The notes under the pieces: model-generated
What the model was told of the DNA's origin: nothing
The model's database searches: none
The model's input: only the letters and a program-made list of their open reading frames with translations
Made by a program: the position numbers and the translations under genes
Part shown: in pieces, positions 36,229 through 51,200 of the stretch
Position numbering within the stretch: the first letter of the stretch is position 1
Layout of the letters: each line of letters opens with the position of its first letter
NCBI GenBank assembly: GCA_013115145.1
Contig: JAAPAO010000116.1
Location: 7,823 to 71,822, forward strand
From: Perkinsus chesapeaki ATCC PRA-425
Taxonomy: Eukaryota; Protista; Perkinsozoa
Direction of reading: 5' to 3'
Length of the DNA stretch: 64,000 nucleotides

Positions 36229-39200
36229 ATGGAGGGAAGCAGTTTCCTAACGTCCTTGCACGGCAAGCTTTTGTCATCTTCGGATGATACTATCGAGTTT
36301 GCCATCCAAGGCTTCACCTCCCTTCCCTTTCAGGAAAGACGTGAACTATTCTCTGGTGTCTTCTCGGGCGAGCTTCGCCTTACGTATCTTTGGTTGATGA
36401 GTGCATTATTGGGATTGCCTTTTGCTAGAAGACGAGCTTTGTGGGCGCTGAGTGAGATGACGAGTTCACCGTGGGAAGGATTGGAAAATGATCCTAACGT
36501 AAATAACCTTATGTGTGATACCCTGTGGAGACTGGTGCACTCGTCGGCCTATGGACAATTAAAGGACAAATGGGACTGGGAAAAGATTCTAAAAAGGTTG
36601 GCTTGCACTAGTCCGGTTGCAGCACAGGCCTTGGAGACTGTTAGAGGTAATAATTAATAATAGCGGTTATTAGTTAATGATAATAATAATTAAGAGTGGC
36701 ACGAAGCTTGGGCTTCGTTAGGAAACTTTTTGGATTAGCTCTCACTTGAAGAAGTTTCCACGAAACTATATAGAAAATCTACTTGTATTATATACAACAA
36801 AAGAAAATATAAAACATCATAGAAACGTTGAAGATTAAAATAGGCTAGTAGCAGTTATTATTCAGTGATAATAATAACTAACGAATAGCTCTTCTCGAAA
36901 AGGAGACGGAGCTCGCATGAATTTATTAATCAGATATGTTTGACATTATTAGGTACTGAAATATCGTGTGGTAGAAGGCCGCTGGTGAAGTCTATTGAAG
37001 AGTATGTTATTGGTGATAGTGGTGATTGCCAAGAGGAGCAGATAGGCGCTGATGATTTGACTGTGGGCCAACAGAAGGCTTTGAATGACATGTAAGGCAC
37101 TATTGATATACCTAGTTTACCATTTTTGGCATTTTGATAATATTGATCGCGAATCATAGGTTAAAGCGTGCATGATACGAATGATCTCTCGGGATGATAT
37201 TTAGTATTACTGTGAACCACAGTAATTAGTTTTTCAGATACACTTGGGTTAATGTCCTACCAACTCTATCATGCCTATGTCTACATGGTCCTTCTGGGTG
37301 TGGCAAAACTACAGTTATTCATAGAGCTCATCAAGTGGCAGCAGCGGATAGGGATTTAGTGGTACTAGAGGGCAGTTCGGTTTGATATGTCGAGAAGACA
37401 ATATGGCTAACGACTAGCAGTAACAATCGGAATACCTTATAAATTATAACTATGCGGAATTTAATTTGGTATCTTTTCTTTTACCAACGGCTACATAGAT
37501 CAGCATGGTGAATGTTGTAATGTTATCTCGCTGCTTTTCAATTTTGAATACGGGAAATGCGCACGATTAACAGTATGCCGTTTTTCGACAGTTATGCGGA
37601 TTTTAATTTCATATCTGTTCCTGTGTAGTACGTCCTAAGCAAACTTATTAAATGTTTTAGTTTCAGTTAACGGATTTTATCGCTGATTTTGTAGGGGAGA
37701 AATACGGACGATTTTCCCAGCGATCGTTCGCCCTCGTTCGTTCGGTTTTGGGTCAAAGCTTGTCAGCTTTGTAGTACTTTTCTTTCAGACACTCCACATA
37801 GACGACTCCACTGATCCCAAATCACTAATTGGTGGCTTTCAACAAGTACCGAATAAACCTGGAAGATTTGAGTGGCAAATGGGAGTACTAGCAAAAGCTA
37901 TGGTAGCAACATTTACCGGGTTTTCGGGTTTCGGGTTTTGAGAATCATGGAAGACGATCCCAGACTGGGATTCCCAGTATTGTGAAAGTAAATTAACCAA
38001 AGTTTTCTTGATAATATTTTTAAAACCTAAAAACCTAAAAACCACAAACTTTAAAAGCAGTGTGTAAAGATCGATGAGAATTGGCTGGTTGAGCTCTGGG
38101 TTTCAGGTTGAAGGATCCTGGGTAGTTATTGAAGATATCGATAAAGTATCCAGTGATGTGTTGGCAATATTACCGAGTCCAAGTGATAATAGTGATGCGG
38201 GATATCTCGTACTGGAACAAAATACAACACTGAGGATCCATCCGGACTTTGTTCTTATTGGTAGTAATGATGGGCGGCGAGGGGTCGGTGGTGATTACAA
38301 GTTTGAAGGCATGAATGACGATTGATTCCGAGTAGTAGTTCTTGTATCGATTGGTCAGTGTGTCGAAGTCTGCTGGTTTGTCTTAGTCTCTGTTCAATTT
38401 CTTCTCGAAATCGTATCGGTAATTTTTTTTATATTGTTCATATTTCTCGGCAAAAATGTCCATTATTAACTAAAGCATTTGGTACCTTACATGGCAAGAG
38501 GTTTCCCTAGGTCTTTCCGTTCTGAAGATTTTCCTAGGAGCAAATCTGGGGTTTTCTGCCCGTTGCGCGTAGTATGGGAATGCCTAATAATCGATTAAAA
38601 CAGTGCACAGAGGCAGTCAGTAGTTTCTCCGTAATTCTTCGCTCCTTCACTGGAAATAACGGTTCGCCGTCATTTCGTCAGTTCTTCGAAATGCTTCCGA
38701 ATTTTCAGTCATTGTTCCTTCTAACATTGGTGGTTGTTCTAATAAGGGCAGGAGTGTTGAACCCGGCGTATCAGGTACAGTGTCGAGCTGTAATCAATCC
38801 TCCACAATGGGGTCATCACTCGATCTTCTATTGGCGACATCTACATCATTACAGACTTGGACACACGTTGAGATGCCATCAATGACTGGAGATGAAATGG
38901 AGAAGTATATTGCTGCGAAGTAATAAAGGATTACCAATGCTTTTCGCTGATCCATATTCGAACATTCATTTCCTTCCCGTGGCGGTTTACAATGGTTGTG
39001 AATCCGCAAGGGGCTCCAAGATTCCCAATAGCTTGATTCCTTAACAGAAGGTTAGTAAAATCGTTCGGGAAATGAGCTCTCGGCAGGTCACCTAAGCCGA
39101 GCTATTATAAATTGTGTGGTTGGTGGAACAACCCGAAAGGGGCATTCTTATCCGTGGAATTGTGATCCTTCTTCATGAAATTGATTTCCCTATCGGACCC

Positions 39201-42200
39201 CTACCGTTGAATTGATTGGGAAAAATTAACTGCCTCAAGCGCGAAAAAGTTTTCTGAAAGATATAGTTGCCATTCACTAAGGTGACATTCCGCCATAGTC
39301 GGTTTTGTGATAATTTTCATCAATAATTTCATGAGCGCTCCGTATTGGTATAGTGATATATATAAATAATAATACCAATGAGGAGTGCATGGTATTTCAG
39401 AGTTCTCGCCTTTCCAGCGTGGGGTAAGGCAGTTTCAGAGGCTTACAGTAAAGTGAACGCTGCAATGGAGGATGAAGGGGTATCGAGGAAGCTAACTCCG
39501 AAGGACTTCAGTCGAGCAGTGGAACGTTTGGCGCCATTGTCGACGAGATGGCCGCATCGATGGCCGTTGGCCGAGAATACTAGAATGCGCATTAGCAGGG
39601 AGATGTATGCGGTTTGGGTGGCACACGTTTATGATGGGGACGCTCGACGGAAGATATACGGGGCTTTGAGGGAGGTAATAATGGAGGATAAGGTGTCATT
39701 ACAGAAGACGACTGTTGTCATTTGCCAGCGTTATAAAGGCTTTTTAATTGGGCAGTGTGGGCATACATTCATTTCGTTAATATGTAAAACCGAGTTCGAA
39801 CAGCCACGATAAATTGATTTCTATATCTTTTTATCGTGAAGTATATTTCTGGAGGGTAATCTTCTGAAGACACGAGAATGAACGTGTGGTTCCGCCGTTA
39901 ATTTATCAATAATTATCCGCTTCTTTATTATTAGTCTCTCGGTTTGCCGTCCGGTGCTGCCGGCTCCGACAACGCTCCCGAGGTCACTCTCGACCGTTCC
40001 AACGTTTCTATCGGCACAGACGTCGAGCCGTTGCCAAGAAAACATTTGGATGATCTTGAAGGCGATGAAAGGGCCGTTCTAGAAGAATACTCTTTGACCA
40101 GTGTAAGATTTTTCTTGCAATTTTCTTGCATTTATTTGACCAGGTACATAGAAGGTTGTTGGAATTTCTTGCGAAATGTGTCGTTTATAACGAACCTGCT
40201 TTGTTGGTTGGTGATACGGGGTGTGGGAAAACAACAACAGTGCAATGTCTTGCACGCATGCTCAATCGGGAGTTGATGGTATATAATTTTTCGGATCAAA
40301 GTGAGGCGCAGGAGCTCATCGGTGGGCTGAAACCGTTGCCGATTGACGCGGACGATCTGATCAAGAGGTGGCACGTTTTGATGGACAAGACATTTTCGAA
40401 GAAGTCAAATGCGGCATTGGCGGCGCATGTTGATAAGGTTGCTAAGAAAAAAGGCGGAGCGAAGGCGCTGGGGATTATTGCTGAGACCGCGAGGAAGGCC
40501 ATTTCGGCTGGAAGGGAGGAGGAGGAATGGAAGAAGCTTGCACAGGAATGTAAAGCAGCTGTGGAGACTAAGGTAGAAGTGGGCTTGGTAGGGGATAGTG
40601 ATGCGTGGGATTTTAGAACAAATCATTAAGGCACCTATTCAACCCTTTCACAGGAGGAGGAGAGGGTTGAATGGACTCGATAGAAAATGATGTGGTTGAT
40701 AGGGGAGTTTTAAATAAGATGGCAACGGTGGGGTAGAAAAGTCTGATGAGGATAGAAGTGTTGGAAAGATTGATTTTTAGCAGATTTTAGATTATTAAAT
40801 TATCATTGTCACATCAGTAATCGAGTCTACGTGGGAGTTCGGCATCGGGAACTTAATGGGGCGCAGATTTCTTGTAGGTATCCCTCCGGTTTGAGTTTGT
40901 CGAAGGTCAGCTCTTAACTGCCTTACGGACGGGTGCGTGGTTGGTATTAGATGAGATTAATCTTGCCCCTGGTGACATGTTGCAGAGGATAGCAGGGCTG
41001 CTAGAGCAAGGGGCGAGCACTGAAGAGCATCCACTCTATTTCGACGTACATGAGGCTGGCGGCTCGGGTTTGAAGATTCCTATTCACCCTGATTTCCGTC
41101 TGTTTGCTTGTATGAATCCGAGCCATCTCGGCCCGGCGAAGAAACCTTTGCCGGCGGGGATAAGGGCGAGATTTTGCGAATATTATGTAGATGAAGTAGT
41201 GGAGGATGCGGACCTGATTCAGCTCGTTTCGGATGGGCTGTCGAGGAATTTGCCGAACCCGCCGAGCGAGGCTGTCGTTAGGGTGTATAAGACAGTGAGG
41301 GAGATGGCAGCAGACGGGCAACTGAGTGATGGGCAGGGCGGAAAGCCTGTGTTTTCGTTGAGGTCGCTGTCGAGAGCTTTGAGGTTTGCTCGGACGTTTG
41401 TGAGGAGCCCGAAGTATAGGCATCATGATGGGGGCATTGAAGCGGTAGGCAATGGGAGAGAGGACGGCTTAGAGTGTCGAGGGATGGCGCCAGGGATGAT
41501 TCAATGGCTTTGACTCTTACTGGGGAGGTTATCGGGGCTAAGTGCTATTATATGCAACGTGCCGATTATGCTGCTTCATTATTGACAATATAGTACTATA
41601 GTAATATAGTATAATATAGGCCGTATCACAGCGTGCTCGCGTCTACTGAAAAGTGAAGGATGAATTAATACGCTCGTGTTCGCGCGTTAAACCGCTGAGC
41701 ATTGGGAGCTTGTAAACAGCTACGCCTGTGGGAAAGTTTGATGAGATTCTCCGTAGACACGTAAACGTGATTTTTCGTCATCCTTCAGGTTCGAGAAGGT
41801 CTTGCTGTGACCTTTGCGGGAGTGCTTTCGGAGTCCTCTGAGGCGAAGGTCATGGAGGAGATCAATCGACTTCTGCCGGGGCCGTCGAAAGTTGTTAAAA
41901 GGATTGGCCAAGCGGCCGGCAGCCTGGATGCTGTGGTTGAAAGGGACGCGGTGTGTATAGAAGGTTATTGGGTGGCGAGAGGGCCGAAGGAAATCGATGC
42001 CCAGAGGCTCTTGGCGGAGTTCTGCGTCACGGAATCGGCTAGAAGGAATCTTAGGAAGGTTCTGAGATGTGTGTCGGGAGGTAGGGAAGAATGGCGTTTG
42101 TGAGATTTGAACCTGGGTCGTCTGTAGGTAAGGTGGTGAGACCGCCCGTGTTGCTAGAAGGGCCGACGGGAGCTGGGAAGACATCCTTGGTTAAATTCGT

Positions 42201-45200
42201 AGCGGCTATGACTGGTCACGAATGCATCAGAATCAACAATCACGAGCACACGGATCTGCAGGAGTATCTTGGACAGCATGTCTACGACCATGGTGTCCTG
42301 AAGTTTGAGGAAGGACCTTTGGTGAAGGCTTGTCGTAAGAGAGGGGAGGAGAGGGATAAAATACTAAATGAGAATATTTTAGTAGTGCTTTTGAGGTCGT
42401 AAGGGACTGTGTGATGGCTTGCCGTGGGGGAGGGGGATAGATAGGGATATCATTTGTTATGTAATTATTTCGTTATAATATAAAAATTAGGTCTGTTTGT
42501 CTCTGGAAGGATGTGCCGTTATGAGTCGCATTGCTATTGATAGTGCTGGTGGGTTTATGGTCGTTGGGGGATTGCTGGCAAGGGAGTAGGCGGCTTCCAG
42601 TCAGGGGTTTGGGGGTAAATAGGATAGCCTATGAAACCTGATAATTTTATATACGAAAAGGAATTGGAAGGATAGGCAACTGTGAGATGCATTGCTGGTC
42701 GGTTTATGGTCGCGGGAGAATTATAGGCAAATTCGGTAGGAACGATTTTGTTGGATGCTGAGCTTGTGCCGAAAATGGGAAGTGGTGAGTAGAAATTTGG
42801 AGGTGAATGTCGAATACAATTTTCTCGAGATTTTGAGATATTTTTCAACATGGTGATTGCTGTCAGGTTCGGGGGCATGGGTGGTTTTGGACGAGCTCAA
42901 TCTTGCTCCAAGTGAAGTATTAGAAGGCATCAACAGGCTGCTGGATGATAATAGGGAGATCCACATTGCGGAGACCAACACAACGGTTGTCCCCGATCCG
43001 GACTTTGTCGTTTTCGCGACGCAGAATCCGGCGGGAGGAGACTACGGAGGGAGAAAGCAGCTGTCCAGGGCGCTTAGAAATCGCTTTACAACAATGTGGA
43101 TCGACTCGCTGTCATCAGAGGAGCTGCGGGCAATTCTTCAACATAAGTGTCAGCTGGCGCCGTCGATAGCATCGGGGATGGTGAAGGTTTACGAGAGCCT
43201 CAGGGCACATAAGAACGTTGATGCTTTACTGGCGGGAGGGGGGTCGGAGTTGATTACTATAAGAGATATACTGAGGTGGGCTCATAGACGGCCGGGGACT
43301 ATGCAGGAATGTGGGCTGGAGGGATGGTGTCTGTTGGGGGAACGATTAAGGCACGAGGATCAAAGGGTAGAGGTGGCCAAGGCTCTTGTGACGCATTGCA
43401 GGACTTATGGCGTCACAGTCGAGAGCTATCTGGATTTGGACTACAGGGAGGACCCGTACGTGGCGGAGATCAAAAAGGGGCAGTGGGGCACGGGATTGGT
43501 GTGGACGGAAACGATGTGCCGAATGATAGCTTTGGTGAGCCGGTGCGCGAAGTATGGAGAGTCGGCGCTGCTGGTGGGTGAGACGGGAACGGGGAAGACC
43601 ACAGTGGTGCAGACGGTGGCCGATTTCCATGGTATCAATTTGGAGATTGTCAACTGCCATCAGCACACTGAACCGGCGGACTTCTTGGGCGCCATGAGAC
43701 CGGCGGCGGGGAGGAGGGATGTGAGGGGACTTATAATGGCGAAGGCGAGGCGGATGTGCGAGCTGGTCGGCAGGGAGATGGGGGAGGAGCCGGCGACCAC
43801 TGTGAGGAGCATCGTTGTGGATTACTCACTTGAGGACCAGGATGAGGTTGAGGAAAATGCCAGCCCGAAACGAGCTCGGGTGCGATCGGAGCTCAGGGCA
43901 CTTTGGAGGGAAATTGGAGACCTTCGCGGGGAGGTGAATCATGAGACTGAGCATGACTTATTTGCCTGGCAAGATGGGCCGGTGACGCGGGCGATGCGAG
44001 GAGAGGGCCATTGGGTGCTCCTCGATGAAGCTTCGTTGGCGACCGATGCAGTGCTGGAGAGACTGAACTCGGTATTGGAGGCGGGCGAGCGGAGCGTGAT
44101 GCTGGCGGAGAAGCCGGGAGGGGAAGTTGTGGTCGGAGGCGAGAAATTCAGCTTGATGATGACAATGAATCCAGGCGGTGACTTCGGGAAGAGGGAGCTG
44201 AGTCCAGCGCTGCGGTCTAGGATGACTGAGATATGGATTAAGGGCCTCGACTACAGCGATGAGAATGAGGATTCTGAGGCTAGCCGATTGATCAGGAATC
44301 TTCTCAGTGACGAGGCGAAACCGTTGGCTGGATCGATTCGGCGAGCAGTTGCGTGGGTGATGGAGGAGATTCCGGCGCAGGTGCTGCCGATGTCGATCCG
44401 AAATGTGGGACTGTGGGTGACGGCATGCAATGAGTTGGTGGGGATGAGTCTCGGAGAGAGGTTTCTACATGGCGGGACGATGACGATAGTAGATGCCCTG
44501 ATGGATTCGCCTGAACTGCAGCGGAAGGCTATGAGGATGCTGGAGGGGTATGCTCCGGAGGGCACGGATTTGGGGAGCTTTGGTGAAGATGGGTATGAGT
44601 GGGTGAGGGATGCAGTGCGTCGGAGTGACTCAGGTAAGAGAATGATCATTGCGATTTCGACTGAGTAGATTTTATTGATAACCATTTTATGCATTTCTGT
44701 GACAAGATGATGACTATCATTAATAAATTATTAATAATAATATAGTCTGTCGGCCTCCGCACATGCCAATTGGTGAACCCTATATATAACAGATTTGTCA
44801 GAATGTTATACAGTAAACTTGTATCATTTCTAAGGACATATTATCGTCGGGGTAATGGTACTGATCTTATTAGTAGCAGTTTGACCAGTTTACATCGTAG
44901 ATTAATCTGGCTCAATTCACTGAACCAGCAGTACCGTCCTTCATCCCTTTTGGTCGAAGGGGAAAACTAAACGTGATTTTTTATCGCATCGTCCGCAAGG
45001 CATTACTTATGGTACTTTCTGTATCTCGAATCTGCGTATACCTTCCGCTCCTGCTGGTCGTCCTGTGATACTCCTTATCGTATGTAGCTGGTGAAACTCC
45101 AATTAACGAATGCCGTTTGGTATTATCGTAAAATTGGTTGTTATGTTTTTCTTTTTAGATGGTCTTGGCCCGTTCCACTTCCCTCCTGTGTCTTCCGGCT

Positions 45201-48200
45201 CAACAATCTCCCCAGTGGCCTTCGATTTCGCGGCACCAACTACAGCTCTGAATCTTGGTCGAATTCTTCGGGGCATCACGGTTGGCAAAGGTATGGCGGT
45301 TCTGCTAGAAGGTCCTCCAGGGACAGGAAAATCGTCCATAATAGCAGCATTGGCGGCAAGATGTGGCCGCGAGTTGGTACGGATTAACATCTCAGAGCAG
45401 ACAGAGATTGCTGATCTGGTGGGGCAATTCCTGCCCACCGCTGGGCAGGGCGGCGACGGCGGCCATGAGGTGAGCGGGTGCTGTTGACCTTCCTGTTGCG
45501 GTATGCATTCTCCATGTCGGAGTGTGGGCTGATGCCTATCCTGCTTGAATCACCAGGGCTCCGCGTATGGGAGGGCACATGAGCTCAATTTAAGCCTTGG
45601 AAATAAGTTTTATTGATATCATTAATTTTTATTTATACTCATGTCGTTGGCAGTTTGAGAGGAAATGTCTCGGGGCTTCACCTGGTTGTGGTATGCATTC
45701 GACGGAGTATAAGTTACTTCCAAAAATGCTCCCATTGAGCCCTCAGCCTCACGTGCCTTCCTTTTTCAGGTATCATTCGCGTGGTCGGATGGTGTCCTCT
45801 TGTCGGCTCTTCGTCGGGATAACTGTTGGGTGCTCCTAGATGAGCTTAATCTTGCTCCTCAACCGGTGTTGGAGGGGCTTAACTCTTTGCTGGACCATCG
45901 CCGAGAGCTTGTTGTTCCCGAGACCGGCGAAAAGGTTCGCGCGAAGCCCGGCAGTTTCCAGCTCTTCGCCACGCAGAACCGCATGGTCGACGGCGGTGGC
46001 CGCAAAGGTCTGCCCAAGTCGTTTCTGAATCGTTTTGTGAAGATTGCTGTATCCGAGCTCACCGCGAAGGATTCCGAATCCATCTGCATGAGGCTCTTCG
46101 GTGAGGAGTTGTGGCCGGTGGTCTGCCAAGGCGCCGTTGAATCGGTTCGGGCCGCTGGGGAGATGCAGTTCAAAGGGGGGAGCGGATGGGAGTGGAATCT
46201 TAGAGATGTAGGCGGAGCGAAGCGTTTTTTGTTTTCATTTTTTGTTTAGGTGCTGAGAGTGTCATCATCGGTGCAAGCGGGCAAGGTCGAACAGCTATCC
46301 CCGGCTCTTCAGTGCTACCTGCTTCTATCGTGTCGGCTTCAGACGGCGGAAGACCGCGAGGCGCTTCGCTCGGTGATCTGGTCAGCCGCGAAAGACCCGA
46401 GGTGGACGGCGGGGTGCGATGTTGAAGATGTGGACGTTGGATCGATGCTCATTAGAGTTGCCGAGGCCTTCAAGAGCTCTGCGAAGGCTGGCTTCGGTGT
46501 GACCGATACTGATGTACTCCAGAGTCAATCATTTGGTCTGAGCGCTGGAAGCGCCGCTGTCCTGAACTCGTGGCCGGTCCTGATGGTTGGTGATGGTGGC
46601 ACTGGACGGAGGAAGCTTGTTGAGGTGTTGGCCGCTGTGGCGGGAGTGAAGCTGGTGAGCATTAGAATGCATGCTCAGATGGATGCCAACGATCTGGTTG
46701 GGCAGTTTGTTCAGCGTCCTGAGGGTGGCTTCCAGTGGGTTGACTCCCCGCTGGTCTGCGCGCTGAAATCGGGGGACTGGGTATTGTTTACCTCGGTCGA
46801 GCAGTGCCCCTCAGCGGTGGTAGATCGGCTAAATGCCCTCCTGGAAGTTGGAGGTAGACTGCAGGTCCCGGAGCGAGGCAGGGCTAATCCTGAGGATCTC
46901 ACGGTGACACCGCACCCAGGTTGTCGGTTGTTCTTCACGGCAGATGCGCGTCATGCTCATCTGGTCTCGAATCCCTTACGCAACCGATGCGTTGAGATAT
47001 TTGTGGGCAGTTCGGCCGGAACTGCAGATCTGGAAAGAGTGTGCATGGCGGCATCTGGTGGGTTGGTCGATAGCGTTGAGGAAATGCAAGATTGCAAGAA
47101 ATTTCAAGTTGTCGCTCGGGAAGCCAGCAGGCAGGCAGCTCTCGGTAGGGGTTTCCGTGGAGAAGCGTCTGAGATCGGGCAGTTGAAGCCTCTGTTCGCG
47201 GAGCAATCGATTGTCGCTAAAACAATTGGTGCGGCGAAGATGTGCGCCGAGGAGGGCCCGGAGGGTGAGTGTTATGCTTACAGATGGATGATCGAGAGCA
47301 CTTTGGGGACTTCCTGGGACATCGAATCGCGACTGGAGGCACTTCCTGAAGAGGTTACGATCGATCCTGCGGTCTTGAGAAACATGAAGGCCATCTGTCC
47401 GAGCGACAGGCGATGGGTTGTGATGACATATATGAGAGTTGCTCCGAGAGAGGGATCGTTGCTGTACCAACTGGAGCACCCTGAAGATGCTGCAGAGCTG
47501 GCCTTGTTGAGCGGCCGAAGGTTGCAGTTGATGAAAAGAGCTCAGAGGGTCGCTGGAGAAGTGCCGACAGATCCACGAGTGATGCCGTATTACTGTCGAC
47601 TGATGAAGGTTTTGGATTCCTACGACCAGCTCAGCTCCCAAGCGGAGACCAGTCTCATAGTGTTCCTGGATGAATACGAGCGAACAGTGCGCTCTCCGTC
47701 TGATAGGTCGACGCGGCCACCGGAAGCCGCGGTGGCGTGTCCGGTTCATCTGCCTATGTTCGGTAGTGCGAGCGAGTCGGCCATGGAGCTGGTCCTCGAG
47801 GTTGCCATTCGAAATATCAGTCTTGCGTACCAGAGCACTTCGGGCGACCGTCGGGCCCAGACGCTTGGAGACATTCTAGCGCAAGTCAGAAGCCTTGCTG
47901 TGCTTAATCGGAGGGCCAGGAAGGGTGATGAAGATTCTCGAGAGAAGCTACAGAAGTTGCAGGTCGTTTTGGCCGAGACCGTGGCGAGTATAGTTGATTC
48001 TGCCAGACAACACCGTGAGGAGACTGCTGTCGCGGACGAGGTCTCGAAACGACCTGTATGGCCGGCAGAGATACTGAGGTGCGCTGGAGAGATATCGGCC
48101 AGTCGCTTCGATGAACTCGAGCTACCGTGCCCATGGCCGGTGGTGGACGGCTTGGCAATGCAAACTGAAGCGGCTTGGAGCACCGGAAGCATTCCTGGTG

Positions 48201-51200
48201 ATTTGGCAGCCGTCGAGGGGCTGTTCTCGAGGCTCGCTCAGAGAAGTCCGGAGGGTCTGATTCGAGCCCACGGTGGTTGGACGACCATTTTGGGCGCATC
48301 GGTTGCGGAGGCAGTCCTCCGATGGCCGATCAGTGACGTTCCGGAGGCGGCAAATCTGGCAAAGTATATTCGAGAAATCGTTCCTAGTGCGGCGAAGTCT
48401 GAGGAGCAGGCGAGCGTGGAGTGCGCTGATGTTATGGAGAAGTGTTGCCGAGCTTCCGGAGACCTTCCACAGTTTGCTGGTTCGGTCGGCCGCTTTGGTG
48501 AAGCGCTCGAAGGGGAGACGGATCCGTACGCGAGGCTAGGGCTTGCTGCAGCTTGGCATCTGACGCTGGGCGCTGGTGTAAGCAACGGCTAGTGGAAAGT
48601 GAAATACGGTTTTTCTATCAGATTCTTCACCTTGAAACCGACCCTACCGAGTCTCGGTCAGCTTGGTGTATAAATGCTCATCGCTTTATAACCGACCTTG
48701 ACAAGGAGCTGGATGTCCGTCAGCGTTGCTTGGACTTGGCCGCTGTCGGCGCTGGAGGTTAGTCACCGAATTTCTGGTCGCCGGTTTTATTCTCAGTTTC
48801 AGGAATTGCGTCGCTCCGTCGGGCAGTCAAAAAATTGAGCGAGTCTGTAGGAGAAGTTGAAAACACCTTGTGCGTTCGTGAAGTGCCCGAGACCAAGCCG
48901 GACGCCATCGAAGAGTTTGTCTGGGAGACCAGCGGCCTTGGAGAGATCAATCGTGACGAGGCAAACTACAGGGTGAGATGGCGGCGCACTGTGAAGATTT
49001 TGGATTTTTGGTATCTTAGGAGTTGAGGACGCTCGTCCACGAGTTTGTTGACAGCGTTGTTGGGCCTCTGATGGCCGACGACAGATGGCGGCAGGAAGGC
49101 TTAGAGCTGGACGAGGCCATGGTCCTGGCTCAGAGTGCTGCCAGCATTGCGGAGAGTTTAATGTGAGCTCAATAATGCAAGGGTAACTTGAAGATTCTTC
49201 CTTCAGGACTGGTTTCCCGGCCCATGGTGACATAACTCGGCCGTTGGCATTGGACTGTTTGGCTGTGGCGTCGAGTGCGGCGGCTATCACTATGAGGAAT
49301 AAAGAGAACGGTCGAGGAGCTCCTCATGTTAAAAGTGAACTTAACAGGTGAGATTGAATGAATGCTTAGTGATGTAACCTGGGTTTCGGGTTTCTCAACC
49401 GAAATGGGTCAAAACCCGAAAACCCGAATACTGTTCAATTTCCGAGTCCGCGCTTTCGGCATCGAAATTTCACTTGTCTGCAGTATTTCCCAACCAGCGC
49501 CGCCGGATTTCGGGTTTTAGGGTTCCCCAAAAAAGGCGTTTGTGCCTCCTTGTAAATTGTTCGATAGCTATTTGCGGCTGCGTAGAGATTGACGGAAATT
49601 TCTCGTGAATTGCTTTTCTGTGAATCCTCGAAAACTTTAGGATTTTTTCGCGAAAAAAGTGAACTTGATAACTTTTCAGGGTCCATTTGCCATTGAGAGC
49701 AGCCTCGCTCTCCACTGAAGAATCAGAAGATCTCGCCTACGACCCGACAACTGCCTCCCTCGCCCTCCGGGCATTCGGTGTTGCTCGATCCCAAAACAAC
49801 CGCGTCGATGATGGGCGCTGGACGGCTATAGGGCATGTGGACGCGTTGGTGTCGGAGTTCGAGCGGCTTGAGGAGGAGGAAGCCGCGGCGAAGGATGAGG
49901 GCATGATAAGGCAGAATGAGGTTACTTTTATAGAGAGGATGCGAGAGTTGACGAGTGAAGATGACAACGATTTGGAGAAGCTCCAACAGGAGTACAACGT
50001 AAAGCTGTTCGAGGACGCCTCGCACAGTAGAGTGATAAGGCAGCTTGAAAGTGACGATGTCATGGCTGACATCGGCAGGCCGGTCGAGTCGGAAGCGACG
50101 GACGTAGAAGTTGAGGAGCAGGTGAATCGGGATGGGCTGGGGTCGACCGCGGATGCTACAAGAGCGCTTGATGGCATCTCTGGGTTGTTAGTGCAAGCTA
50201 TTACGGATGATGATGGCACTGAGAGTGATGGGCTGATGGATGAGTTGATTGGGGAAGCCTGGAGGGACTTATTGGGGAGCCTGAAGGAGGACGAAGTGGT
50301 GACAGGCAAGAGCGGCGCCCCGGGGGGTGTCACCATCGGAAAATGGATCAACGATGATGGCATGCCGATCGTTTTGGGAAGATTGAACCGCCTAACGAGA
50401 GACCTCGACAAACGAGTGGAAGCCGAGGAGATGATGCCATCGGTTGAAAAGGAGGAAAAGGAAGTTGAGGATGCTGATGAGGGTATTGAAGAGAATGAGG
50501 ATATGAGTGTTGAGGAGTTGGAGGCATTGGAACGCAGGAGGCTTAAACGAGAAGGAGAGCTCAAGGTGAGCTGTTGGGTTGGAAGGTTCCGCAGGATTTC
50601 GCCCTATCGCTGGTGTGTGATGAGATTAGATGTTGAGAGTTTTCAATGACATATCTTTTTCAAAAATGAGCGGTTTATATTGAACAATGTTACTTACGAA
50701 AATCCTAATAGTAATATCGCGTGCTCTTCTAGGTAGCTCCCAGGCGGAAATATAAAAAGGGTATCTGGATATAGGTCGCAATGTTGTTTGATAAAGGCTA
50801 ACCGTATCTGGATATAGGTCGCAATGTTGTTTGATAAAGGCTAACTGTATCTGGATATAGGTCGCAATGTTGTTTGNNNNNNNNNNNNNNNNNNNNNNNN
50901 NNNNNNNNNNNNNNNNNNNNNNNNNNNNNNNNNNNNNNNNNNNNNNNNNNNNNNNNNNNNNNNNNNNNNNNNNNNGGATATAGGTCGCAATGTTGTTTGA
51001 TAAAGGCTAACTGTATCTGGATATAGGTCGCAATGTTGTTTGATAAAGGTTAATTGCATCTGGTTTACTATTATTATCGCGCTAGCTTCCGTTGTGTGTC
51101 CATCTCATAATACTGTTATTTACTTTATCGGTATTAGAGAAGTCCCTTCATATCGACGTGAATACATTTCCTTCTTCAGGTTCGTCTGCGCGATGTTATC

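Noticed and set aside
49737-50564. 275-aa Ser-rich minus-strand ORF and other long antisense ORFs over midasin (e.g. 46976-47749, 57672-58163)
   Set aside because: These are shadow frames of Glu/Asp-rich or GC-rich sense exons.
50761-51063. Repeat array as CRISPR
   Set aside because: Units are contiguous with no unique spacers, the context is a eukaryotic intron, and there are no cas genes.
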